Assembly: GCF_006345805.1 (NCBI RefSeq)
Contig: NC_042999.1
Location: 78,740,001-78,804,000, forward strand
Length of the DNA: 64,000 bases
DNA from: Octopus sinensis
Taxonomy: Eukaryota
Reading direction: 5' to 3'
Positions 52,561 through 64,000 of the stretch are shown piece by piece (within the stretch, counting starts at the first letter, position 1; each line of letters opens with the position of its first letter). The translations under genes were made by a program, and so were the position numbers. The notes under the pieces are model-generated. The model was not told the DNA's origin, did not search any database, and saw only the letters and a program-made list of their open reading frames with translations.

Positions 52561-54589
52561 AAAATGATAAACAAAAGTTGTAGGGAAAAATTGTATTAAA
52601 AACCTATAATGCACCTCGAATAAAATATTTTTTGCGTAAATTCAAATAACATTGAAAAGAAACGAACGAATTCATCTGAAGCACCCATTATATTATGAGC
52701 GATCTTCTGATAGTAATGCAAAAGTGGAATTAACTTTTTTATTAATTAACAACCCCGATTTCAGTTGGGTCAAGAGCGTGAGGGTCTTTGTATGCTCGCA
52801 ACTAAATAGGCACATAGTGGCATATCGTGGTTGTTGTACTGGGTTTGATGCTACACCTAATGTCACCAAATTTCATGCAGAGGTATAAGTCCCATTAAGA
52901 TTTGTGATTAAATTAATGAGTAGTTATAATGAGTAGAAAAAATATCAGTAGCATTATAACATCACCAATACTGACCGAATTCTTGTCGATATATTTCTCT
53001 GGATTCATTTCTGTTATATAAAACCTTTATGTAAATCATTAAAAATCAATGCAGTTGTGCGTGATTCTGTACAATATTAATAAAAATTAGACATAGAAAA
53101 ATGTGAGGTTTCGACAGTTCTCAACCATACTGTAAACAAGAGGAGAGGAAGAAAATATATTTGAAACAAATACACCATTACACATGCACAAATAAAACAA
53201 AAGCAACGCAAAATGAATAATTGCAGATTATATAAGAAGAGAACGTATAGGAAAAGACCTTAAAATGAATTATAAAAATGATATGGGCACAATCAAACAT
53301 TATAACAATACAAACAATAACAACAGCAAAAGCATCAAAGAATAATTTTATATCCAGTGCATGTATTTCGTTTTTGAATAGATTGCCAATTGTTACATGA
53401 ATTAGAGGTGTTGAGTCATCTATCAATATTTCATTAACATTTCAACATTTTTCCATCCTACCTCTCTTCCTTTCTATTATCTACCACACCTCTCTCTCCC
53501 TCTCCCTTTCTCTCCCTCTCCCTTTCTCTCCCTCTCCCTTTCTCTTTCTCTCTTTCTCAGGCTCTCTCGTTCACTCCGTCTCTCATGGAACGGTTTAACT
53601 CGAAGTAGATAGAACTATAAAAATATTAGCGTGTAAATAGTAGATTATAAAACACTTTCGATAGAAAAAAGTCGAAGGTTTCATTTGTTTCGAGTTAACT
53701 TTTCCAATAATGAATTATTTCATGTTCTCTCGAAGTTTCAGTATTCTCATCATGTCAACAGTATTCATACATACATACATACATACATACATACATACAT
53801 ACATACATACATACATACATACATACATACATACACACACTTGCACACAGACATACATATACATATACATACATATACACTTGCATATGTACATGTATAT
53901 TTACACTTGCATTCACTCTCACGTATAACATACATACCTTATGTATGTGTAGGTGTGTGATTGTATGTGTACTGTCGAAGAGCGATGGAGATGTTTGAAG
54001 TCAAATGAATTCCTCACGCATACACACACAAACGCACGCACACAACTACACTTAAAATGTTTCTACGTCTTTATGTTTTTTTTCCAACCATATCTCTTTC
54101 TCTTTACACGCACACACATGCACACAACACACACACTCGCATGCTCTCACGAACGTACGTTCGCATACGTATGTGTAGAATAAACCACCCGATATAAACT
54201 GGCGTATTTTCATTGTAATCAAATATTCATCATACGCGCTTAGATATTATTGCACTTTCCACACGGCTGCCCTCCGCTTTCTTCCCCCATACCACTACCG
54301 TTACCACCGTCAACGCCACTATCGCCCCCCCCACCACCATCAATATCACCACAGTCACTACTACAGCAATACTCATCTCCGCTACCAAAGTCCGAAATCG
54401 ATACTGAAGACCAAACTTACCACTACAAACACTTCCATAACCATCATGATCACTCTTTCAAAAATCTAAACGACCCAAGCACACACACACACGCACAAAA
54501 AACCCACTTACACACACATACACGCACATATAACCCCATCACAAACACACAGACACACAGACACACATACACACAATTATTATATATAT

Positions 54590-55112
54590 GCGTGGCTGTG
54601 TGGTTACCAACTACATGGTTCTGCGTTCAGTACCACTGCGTGGCACTTTAGGTGAGTGTCTTCTGCTATAGTCTTGGGCCGATCAAAGTCTTGTGAGTGG
54701 ATTTAATTGACGGAAACTAAAAGAAGACCGCCGTATATATATATATACTAGCAGTATCGCCCGGCGTTGCTCAGGTTTGTAAGGGAAATAACTATAAAGC
54801 ATTTTTAGAGAGTTATAGCCAAAAAATAGCAAAAAAATGGAAAAAAATGATGGTAAATTTTTTTTTTAGTTAAAAAGGTGGAGTTGCGTCCCCTAGACAG
54901 TCTGTGGTTTGTGTTTCTGATTGTCGACCCCATGTCGAATTTATCGATTTTTTTCAGAACTGGGGGAACTTTTCAAAATTTTCGCTGCGTTAGTTTTGAA
55001 TTATGACATTGGGCTATGTGTGTGTCAAGTTTCATCAGAATCGGTTGAAAGCCGTGGTCAGGGTGAGGGTACAAGCAAACAGACACACAGAAACACGCAC
55101 AGACAAACTGCC

Positions 55113-55155
<43 letters not shown>

Positions 55156-55388
55156 TATGTAGATATACGTGTGTGTGTGTGTCGTGTCTGTATTTGACAC
55201 CCCATCACCGCTTGACAACCGGTATTGGTGTGTTTATGTCCTCGTAACTTATCAGACAGATAGAATAAGCAGATAGAATAGTCTTAGAAAAACAAAAACA
55301 ACCTGGGATTTTTTCTTTCAGTTAAAACCCTTCACGGCGGTACTCCAGCATGGCTGCAGTCAGATAACTGAAACAAGTAAAAGAATAA

Positions 55389-55390
<2 letters not shown>
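54590..55390 (+). mobile_element. SINE family B copy split by a Helitron insertion
   Basis: 5' half at 54590-54740, 3' half at about 55143-55390; both match the other B copies. Confidence 0.85.
54748..55140 (-). mobile_element. Non-autonomous Helitron inserted in (TA)n
   Basis: Reverse complement 3' end CCTGAGCAACGCCGGGCGATACTGCTAG|T; 5' end TATATAAACGGCAGTTTGTCTGTG merges into (TA)n. Confidence 0.85.
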
Positions 55391-55423
<33 letters not shown>

Positions 55424-55554
55424 TCCAGTATAACCATCAACAATCACCCCAACATTCAACAACACCGCCATTAGCACAACTACTACTACTACTACTACTA
55501 CTACTACTGCTGCTGCTATGACTATCAATACTACTGTTACCACATATATATATA

Positions 55555-55606
<52 letters not shown>

Positions 55607-55656
55607 CATATATATATGTATACATGCATACGTACATACATACATGCATATGCATA

Positions 55657-55707
<51 letters not shown>

Positions 55708-56369
55708 ATGTATATATATATATTCGTCTCTACGCCCCTCGTATCCATCACTTTCATCATCATAATTATCATCATCATCACCATCGTCATCATAATCACC
55801 ATTACCACCAGATTTGTAACATGACAGACATTATAATATAGCGTTAAGGCAAAGACTCAGCCTTCCCCCATTCACTACCATCTCACCTACACTTTCACCC
55901 GCTCTGTGATTTTTTTCTCCCTCTCTCTTCTTTCTATGACAGTGCTAAATAATTCAAACACTCAGGAACCCCGCGCAGTGTTTATAGAGTCCAGGACACA
56001 AGTATTCTATAATACGGATTAAAGCTTGCCTGAGTATGTGTTTATTGACAAACCAAACTAGCTAGGTCCGAGCTACTGACAAAGAAAGCAAATACACACC
56101 AACAACAAGAAAAATGTAATTATAATAATAAAGAATAAAGAGAGATATGCAGAATAAAAACAGTTTATAATAATAAAGAACCATTAGAAATCGGGCTATT
56201 GCCAACACAAAGATTGCATTATTCATAATTATAATAAATACAGCTTGAATATAATCAGATCATCTCAATAGACAAGTTAATCATGGCACATTACAACTAA
56301 AACCAAAATAAATACAAACCAACAAAGCATAAACAATTAATGTTTTTATTATTTATATTAGCTAGCGAT

Positions 56370-57040
56370 TGGTTTGAATGACAGAATTCTCAGCGCCTTA
56401 GGCTAAATAACTGCGGTATTTGTGTGAATATCTACGTTTTGAGCTCAAATTCCGCCGAGGTCGACTTTATCTTTTATCCTTTAGAGATGGATAAAATAAG
56501 TACCAGTTGTACACTGGCGTCGATGTAGCCGACTTATTCCTCCCCAAAATTGTTGGCCTTTTGCCGAAATTTCAAACCATTTTGTATATTAGCTAGCCAT
56601 GGGATTGAATGACAGACCACCTCGGGGAAATTGCTGTAGCTGTTTCGAATATCTACGTTTTGAGTTCAAATCCTGCTGCGGTGTTGATAAAGTTAAATTA
56701 AAGTACCAGTTGAGCACTAGGGTCGCTATTATACACTAACCCCACTAAGGCGGCGAGCTGGCAGAATCGTTAGCATGCCGGGCGAAATTCTTAGCGGTAT
56801 TTCGTCTGCCGCTACGTTCTGAGTTCAAATTCCGCCGAGGTCGACTTTGCCTTTCATCCTTTCGGGGTCGATTAAATAAGTACCTGTTACGCACTGGGGT
56901 CGATATAATCGACTTAATCCGTTTGTCTGTCCTTGTTTGTCCTCTCTGTGTTCAGCCCCTTGTGGGTTGTGAAGAAATAGGTATTTCGCCTGTCGCCAAG
57001 AATTTCAGGCCTTATACCTAGAGTAGAAAAGAATATTTAC
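56370..57040 (+). mobile_element. Cluster of three to four same-strand SINE family A copies
   Basis: Cores at about 56370-56580, 56590-56745 and 56750-56985 (near full length), plus an orphan tail at about 56990-57040. Confidence 0.88.
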
Positions 57041-57169
57041 TTACATATCCTGATTTCAAATTCCTCGGTGAGATTTTAATTAACATCGTAGAGATCCGAA
57101 GTAAATAACGCAGCTATTATGACCGACGCTCTACAGCTTCTGTCAATCCACCCTCTAGCTAATATATAT

Positions 57170-57211
<42 letters not shown>

Positions 57212-57699
57212 TTTCTAATTTAGGCTAGCAATTTAGGGGAAGTGTGCTTATCAATTCCGTCAATCTCCGGTACTTGGTTGGTATTTCTTAATGTTATAGA
57301 CCCCGGAAATGATGAAAGACTAAATTAACTGTGGGGGTATTTAAAATTAGAATGCTAATTCAAAATTAAAATTTGGGGGTTTTTAAAATTAGAATGCGAA
57401 TTTAAAATTAGAATGTGGGTTTTCGAGGCAGCGGGTGCGTTCACTGTGAAAAAATCGATTGTAACCCTGCCCGAAAGATATGCATCCTTGGGTCTGTTTA
57501 AATTTAATGTTGGTAAAATGACGGGGACAAATCCATTAAGTGCGTCGAACAAAATGATTTATGGTACAGTAGAACCTTAAGTGCGGATTTCAAAGTTATC
57601 GGGGGTCTATTTAGTTTGCAACTGTTTGGTATATACTGAGGAATATAAAATACGAGCAAAACGCCCCCTGTCCAATGGACGGTGCTGCGTTGTCAAACA

Positions 57700-58038
57700 T
57701 TTAAACCAAATTTTCTCAAAACAACTTGTCCGACCGTCCCATAGGCCTCTCCTTTGAGAAACACTGATTTAACCTAAATTTGAGACACCGTGCATTTTTC
57801 TCGCGTACGCGTTATATCGATCGCAATAGCTGATGTACTTGTGTGTACAAATGCACGTTCCCACGGCTTTATCGATCGCATTCTCACCTGGAACCGATTT
57901 TTGTAATTTTTTCAAGATTTATACACGCCCTGATACCGTCGGTATCCACATATGAAATTTGAACCCAATCGGATGGAGGATGCCCGAGATCCTAGAAGAC
58001 ACACACACAGACAGACAGAACGGATTTTATATAATAGA
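57700..58038 (-). mobile_element. 5' part of a non-autonomous Helitron-like element
   Basis: Reverse complement begins A|TCTATTATATAAAATCCGTTCTGTCTGTCTGTGTGTG..., then CCGATTGGGTTCAAATTT. I did not locate the 3' CTAG end; the element may extend left to about 57340. Confidence 0.6.
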
Positions 58039-58620
58039 TATAAAACCATCATTGTAGATTAGAACACGGAATGCTGCAGCCTCGGTTGGATGCATTGTAC
58101 GACAATATCACGATGATATAGTATTTAGATTTGTTTCTCGAGGAAGAGTATTGCATACTTTGCTAGGTTCCAAGCAGACTGTATGAATCAACAGGTAAAT
58201 AACTGATAAATAGCATTTTAATGAATTCCTTTGACTTTTGGTGCCTCAAACAATCACATTTTCTGCAATTCTTCAACACTCTAACACTATTTCTAATCTG
58301 TGAGGTGTTATTGGGAAGAAAGGTTCCGACCTCGATCTTTGCTTCCGATTAAACTTTTAATTGAATACTTAATTGATCTGTAATGTCTGTCTTTTAATCA
58401 ACATGATGATATCGGACTTGCCAAGAACTTTAATTGAACGCCATATCCAAATTATCTTAGCAGTTAAATTCATTAAGGAATTAATTGATAAATTAGTTTG
58501 ATTGCCTCGGCGTAATGCTTCTGCTATTATTGTTGCTGTTGTTCATGTTACTGCTGTTGATATCTTTGCTGCTATTGTTGATGCTGCCATTGTTGTTGTT
58601 GTTATCATTATTATTATTAT

Positions 58621-59145
58621 TATGATGATGATGAAAGCGGTGTGTTGGTAGAATCGTTAGTAAGCCGGGCAAAATGCTTCGCAGCATTTCGTCCGTCATT
58701 ACATTCTGAGTTCAAATTCCGCTGAGGTCGACTTTGCCTTTCGTCCTTTCAGAGTCGATAAATTAAGTACCAGTAAAACACTGAGGTCGATGTAACCGAC
58801 TAGTCCCTTCCCACCAAATTTCAAACTTTGTGCCGTCAGTAGAAAGGATTATTATTATTATTATTTATTATTATTATTATTATTATATTATTATTATTAT
58901 ATTATTATTATTATTATTATTATTATTATGAAAGCGGCGAGTTGGCACAATCATTAACAAGGCGGGCAAAATGCTTAGCAGTATTTCGCTCGTCAGCCTC
59001 GTTCTGAGTTCAAATTCCGCTGAGGTCGACTTTGCCTTTCGTCCTTTCAGAGTCGATAAATTAAGTACCAGTAAAACACTGAGGTCGATGTAACCGACTA
59101 GTCCCTTCCCACCAAATTTCAAACTTTGTGCCGTCAGTAGAAAGG
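58621..59145 (+). mobile_element. Two tandem SINE family A copies with identical 144-bp bodies
   Basis: 58704-58847 is identical to 59002-59145; the heads differ. Confidence 0.92.
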
Positions 59146-59180
<35 letters not shown>

Positions 59181-59181
<1 letters not shown>

Positions 59182-59711
59182 GAGTGAGCCAATAAAGTGA
59201 CACTGGGGTAAAATATACGAAGCCCTGTATACCCATCATGACTACCCGTCTGATAAGGGTACACCAGGCACATGCATCACAACCATATGTGCGCGACATG
59301 GTGATCTCATATCAAGATAAACAGCACCTGACCTTGCAGGTGGAGCCCAGTTAGAATTTTCTTCAGATCGAGTAACCCATCCTGCTCAAAAGGTCCCTGA
59401 ATAAGGGTTGCTTAAGGACGTTGAACGAAACACCCATGTTTCCAGAGGTGAATTATTCAAACCCCAAAGAATCCTTCTCAACACATGGCTATGATGCTCC
59501 CCCACTACTTCTGCTCGTGATCAGAGATGCACATATCGTCAGCCACTGAGGGACATGCTCAACTGGTTAAGGTCAAACAACTGACAAGCAAATCTGTGGT
59601 ATTGAGCAGAATATTTGCTGTAGCCCATCTTTTATACCAAGACAAAACAATGTACATGATAACACTTCCAATCAGTTAAGATCAGAAGCCATGAGAGCCA
59701 CTGCCTGGTAC

Positions 59712-59713
<2 letters not shown>
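59181..59713 (-). mobile_element. 5'-truncated non-coding 3' end of a retroposon, copy 2
   Basis: Reverse complement matches 5239-5745 and extends about 40 nt further 5'. (ATT)n lies on both sides. Confidence 0.75.
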
Positions 59714-59775
<62 letters not shown>

Positions 59776-59782
59776 GTTATTA

Positions 59783-59833
<51 letters not shown>

Positions 59834-59839
59834 TATTAT

Positions 59840-59974
59840 TATGATGATGATGAAAGCGGTGTGTTGGTAGAATCGTTAGTAAGCCGGGCAAAATGCTTCG
59901 CAGCATTTCGTCCGTCATTACATTCTGAGTTCAAATTCCGCCGAAGTCTACTGTCCGTGCGAGTACCTCTGCTC

Positions 59975-60016
<42 letters not shown>

Positions 60017-60900
60017 GTTTATGAAAGCGGTGAGCTGGTAGAATCAGTGGTAAGCTGGGCAAAATGTTTAGCTTCATTTCATCTGTCTTAGCATCCTAAG
60101 TTTAAATTCCGCCTAGGTCAACTGCTGTTGGTGATATTGAAGCATTATTTAAAGGGACGTAAGCAAAATCCACAATACTAAGTGCTTCTAATATAGGTGA
60201 AGGCGCGTCGCTTAATGGTTAGAGTGTTGCGCGCAAGATCGTTGGTGCGATTCCCAGACCGTGCAGTGCGTTGTGTTCTTGAGTGAAACACTTCGTTTTA
60301 CTTTATTGCAGTCAACTCAGCTGTGAATATGTAACCCTGCAACAGATTTATTTCAGGGCTAAAGTTGTGATCTCTGCCACTTATACGTCATGGAAACCGT
60401 ATAATGTTTAGGGGGATATATTTTTCTAATATAAGCTCAAAGTTTGGAATTTTGAAGGGAAGGTGCTGGTATTTTGAAGGTTCGATCTAATCAACTGGCC
60501 TCCTCCCCCCAAATTTCGGGCCTTGTGCCTAGAGTAGAAAAGAATTGTTAGCATGACAGAAACATGCTTAACGGCATTTCGTCCGTCTTTATGTTCTGAG
60601 TTCAAATTCCGCAGGGCTCAACTTTGCCTTTCATCCTTTCGGGGTTGATAAATTAAATACCAGTTGCCTACTGGGGTCGATGTAATCGGCTTGCCACCTT
60701 ACTCCTCAATTGCTGTCCTTGTACTAAAATTTGAAAGCAATATAAGCACAAGGCCTGCAATTTAGTGTCAGGGATGAGGATGGAATACGATTACATTAAA
60801 TTGAGTTTTATCTTTATTTTATCGACTTTGGAAGGAGAAATGGAATAGTTGACCTTGATGGAATTTGAACTCGGAATGTAAAAGCTAAATCAAGAACTTT
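59840..60900 (+). mobile_element. SINE cluster: family A heads (59851-59945, 60022-60125), C-head SINE (60197-60400), family A (60545-60740), and a minus-strand A fragment (60745-60900)
   Basis: Recurrent head and core motifs. Confidence 0.8.
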
Positions 60901-62370
60901 AAAACCACGATAATGAAGATGAAAATTAAAACGATAATATGACGATGATAATGAGGCTGAGGAGGGTGAGGAGGTTGGTAGGAGGTGAAGGAGGATATGG
61001 GTAATGATGTGATAATGGTGATGATTGCAGTGGTTAATGTGGTGGTAGTGGTGGTGGTGGTGACGGTGGTTTTGCTGAAGGTTTCTTTTGACTCGACACA
61101 ATAACGGTGTTGATGGCCGATGAATATAATATAGCTGCTGCTGCTACTGATGGTGATGGTGCGATTATGGCGGTGGTGATAATGATGATGTCGATGAATA
61201 ATTATGCCTACAACAGTAACAACAACAAAAGAAGAACATGTGCAGCAATGAGAACAACAAATAACAAACAAAAACAAAATCAAGAACAATGACAAAAGTA
61301 GACACCCCTCCCTCTCCCTTCAGACATCTCCCTTCTCTGCAACCATTGCTGTCCCGCCACCATTTTCTCCTCCCTCAAAACCAAAAACAAACGACAAAAC
61401 CTCACAAAAACAATAACTAAACAGAAATTAAATGGAATTATCATACAGTATAACAACTTAACAATAAGTCAAACAATAAATAGATGACAAAACAATAATA
61501 CAAAGCAAATATCGAACTGAAATGAAATCAAACAAGCCTTCACTTCATACAACCACCACCAGCACTATGTCACCACCAGCATCATCATCACCACCACCAC
61601 TACCTACCACAATCATCATCAACTCCCGCTACCAACAACACCACTACCACCATCAAATAATACCACCATCACAACAACCACCACCACCACCACCACAACA
61701 ACAACAACAACCACCACCATCGCCACAATCTCCACTAGTACCATCACTACTACCACCTAAATTGCCGCCACCACCACCATACCACCACAACTACCACCAC
61801 TACCATCGCCAACACCATCACCGCCACCTGTGCCATTACCTCCACCACCCCCACCACCACCACCACCACCACCATCACCACCACCACTGCCACAACCACC
61901 GCTGACACCACCACCGCCACCACCACCACTGTCTGTCACTAACTGTCACCCTAAAACGGTGACTTTATTGTCCACCTGTCTCCACAGTTAGTGGATACAG
62001 GTATTTAGTGATTCGTCTTAATCAAGATATCTTGAAAGCATGAGATTCCGTGAAACAAAGACAACCGCAATACCACCACCACGACGACCACCACCAACGA
62101 CAACAGAAGCAACAATAACAGCGTAACTGACAACAACAGCAACAACAAATCCCATTAGATTTCTTTTTCTTTTTTTCTAATCTTCATTTTTCTGTAAGAC
62201 AGAGATGAATTACTAAGGCTAATGGTGCTGAAGGTGTTTGCAGTGGTGGTGGTGGTGGTGGTGGTAAGAATGGTGGGTGGTAGTGATGGTTAGGATATAG
62301 GGATGATTCTATGGCGACGATTGGTTTTGAAAAAGGGGAGATAAAGGAAGATGGGAGATTGGGTGTTGGT
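60900..62370. repeat. Cryptic trinucleotide field (GGT/GAT, then ACC/CAC, then GGT)
   Basis: Directly visible. Confidence 0.9.
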
Positions 62371-63369
62371 TGGCGATGGTCATTTATACAACAAATGATG
62401 GATATGCATTTGCGAGAGAGAGTGTGACAGTACGTGTGCCTGTGACTGCCCGCGTGTATATATATATATATCTGTGTATATGTGTGTGTATGCATATATG
62501 TACGTATATACAAATACACACACATATATATATATACACACATATATACATACATATGTCTTGTTTATATTGAAAAAGGGAAGATTTAGTACTCAATATA
62601 TGGTTGGGGTATAACGATACATTATCCAGTTGAAATCTTCTGTCGTTATCTTAAAATATCCAAAATGGCACCACTACCTCACTGTTTCATTGGATGACAT
62701 AGACCACGTGAGGTACACTTAGAAGTTGGTAAAACTAAAAATGAATAGATTTTCCTTCAGGGAAATCACCTTCAGTTGATTTGATTTAGAAATTTTAGCC
62801 GTTTATTCGTGCACCAACAAGCGTCCTTTCTTTGTCGACTGTTTTTGAGTTATTGGTTGGGGATGAAGAATTTAATTGTCAGTAAGATTTTAAGTAGAGT
62901 GTGTGATGCCTTCTGTATCACACAGACTTTTGCTCAGTCCTGTGTGAAAGATAATCAAAGAATCAAGAATTTGGAATGTCAAATCCTAAAAATTCATGAT
63001 TTTGGAGGCTATCTTTCATTCTCCTATAGAACTAGTCATAATTGCTATTTGGTAACAGTGACGCATCATCTAGAGGCGACAAAAAATTTAATAAAGCAAA
63101 CATTGGTTGTATCGTATTTGATATACCTACCTATGTTTGTCTATCTTTTTCAGTTACATGTCACTGACTACTCGGAGTTATTTTTCTTAACTTATTTTTG
63201 TTTAATTGAAGCAAATTATCTTGGTCAAAACTGAGTTCTACAGATTTTACGTTAGTCTATATCCCTTGACTCTTGGATAAAAGGCTGGATAATTCTCTTA
63301 CTGATGATACCTATTAAGGTAGAAACCTGTATCCACGGATGTCCTCTTATCTCTAGAAGATATGCGTGA

Positions 63370-63450
<81 letters not shown>

Positions 63451-63554
63451 GTTTAATTTTACTGGCTGTTGGCTGATGCTGCATTCACGCTGGGGTACTG
63501 CTGTTAGTCAGATTGTTTTTTTATGGCACCCCCACTTCCCGGTTTTCTCTTCGA

Positions 63555-63620
<66 letters not shown>

Positions 63621-64000
63621 AATATTGATCTGAGACAATATTCTTGTGGATAAGTTTGTAGACAAATTTAAATGTGTAACAAACACATTTGATCTCGATA
63701 TACACATTCCTTGATAAAGTAACACGTATCTCCCTGATGTCTAATACCGGAACCTCATCAATCTGCATAGCTAATATGCCAACTGAATTTATTGGTTTCG
63801 ATTTTGTCTCTTCTTAGTTTTAGATTTTAAACACCCTTGAGGGAAGCATTTGTTAACTAACTACTTTGATAATTATAGTTGATCAAAGCTTTTCATCGTC
63901 ACTTATATTACATAGATGAGACCCTACTGGAATTGATATATTGTATACCAGCTTCAAAGCCGCATTCCGCGCGGGTTTTTAATTTAGTTCCTGCGGAGAG

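Noticed and set aside
63735-63800. Possible hammerhead ribozyme on the minus strand (CGAAAC ... TTGATGAG)
   Set aside because: The core is TTGATGA rather than CTGANGA, and the required U16.1 at the cleavage triplet is missing. I also found no hammerhead core in the Penelope termini.

Overview
This is AT-rich, extremely microsatellite-dense eukaryotic DNA, not prokaryotic. The repeat complement points to an Octopus (coleoid cephalopod) intergenic or intronic region; the species call is inference from the SINE families and composition. I recognise no intact cellular gene, rRNA, complete tRNA or CRISPR array, and almost all listed ORFs are translations of simple repeats. The window is mostly layers of transposon debris. 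These include roughly 30 tRNA-related SINE copies of several families, three Tc1/mariner remnants (one countable as DD37D/maT), and an internally deleted hAT/Charlie element inserted at a canonical target site inside a Helitron Rep remnant. There are also four non-autonomous Helitrons, two Penelope-like remnants, RTE, CR1, R4/Dong-like and Tx1-like LINE fragments, and palindromic MITEs. A 100-N assembly gap lies at 31605-31704. The most interesting signals are structural: a ~220 nt G:U-rich hairpin (32210-32430), a perfect 96-bp palindrome at the end of an otherwise decayed Penelope element (23529-23750), an exact chimeric SINE (58621-58847), and a non-LTR 3' fragment found twice inside (AAT)n tracts. 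I cannot support a claim of a new multi-gene system here. Element boundaries are read by eye and are approximate unless a terminus is quoted.
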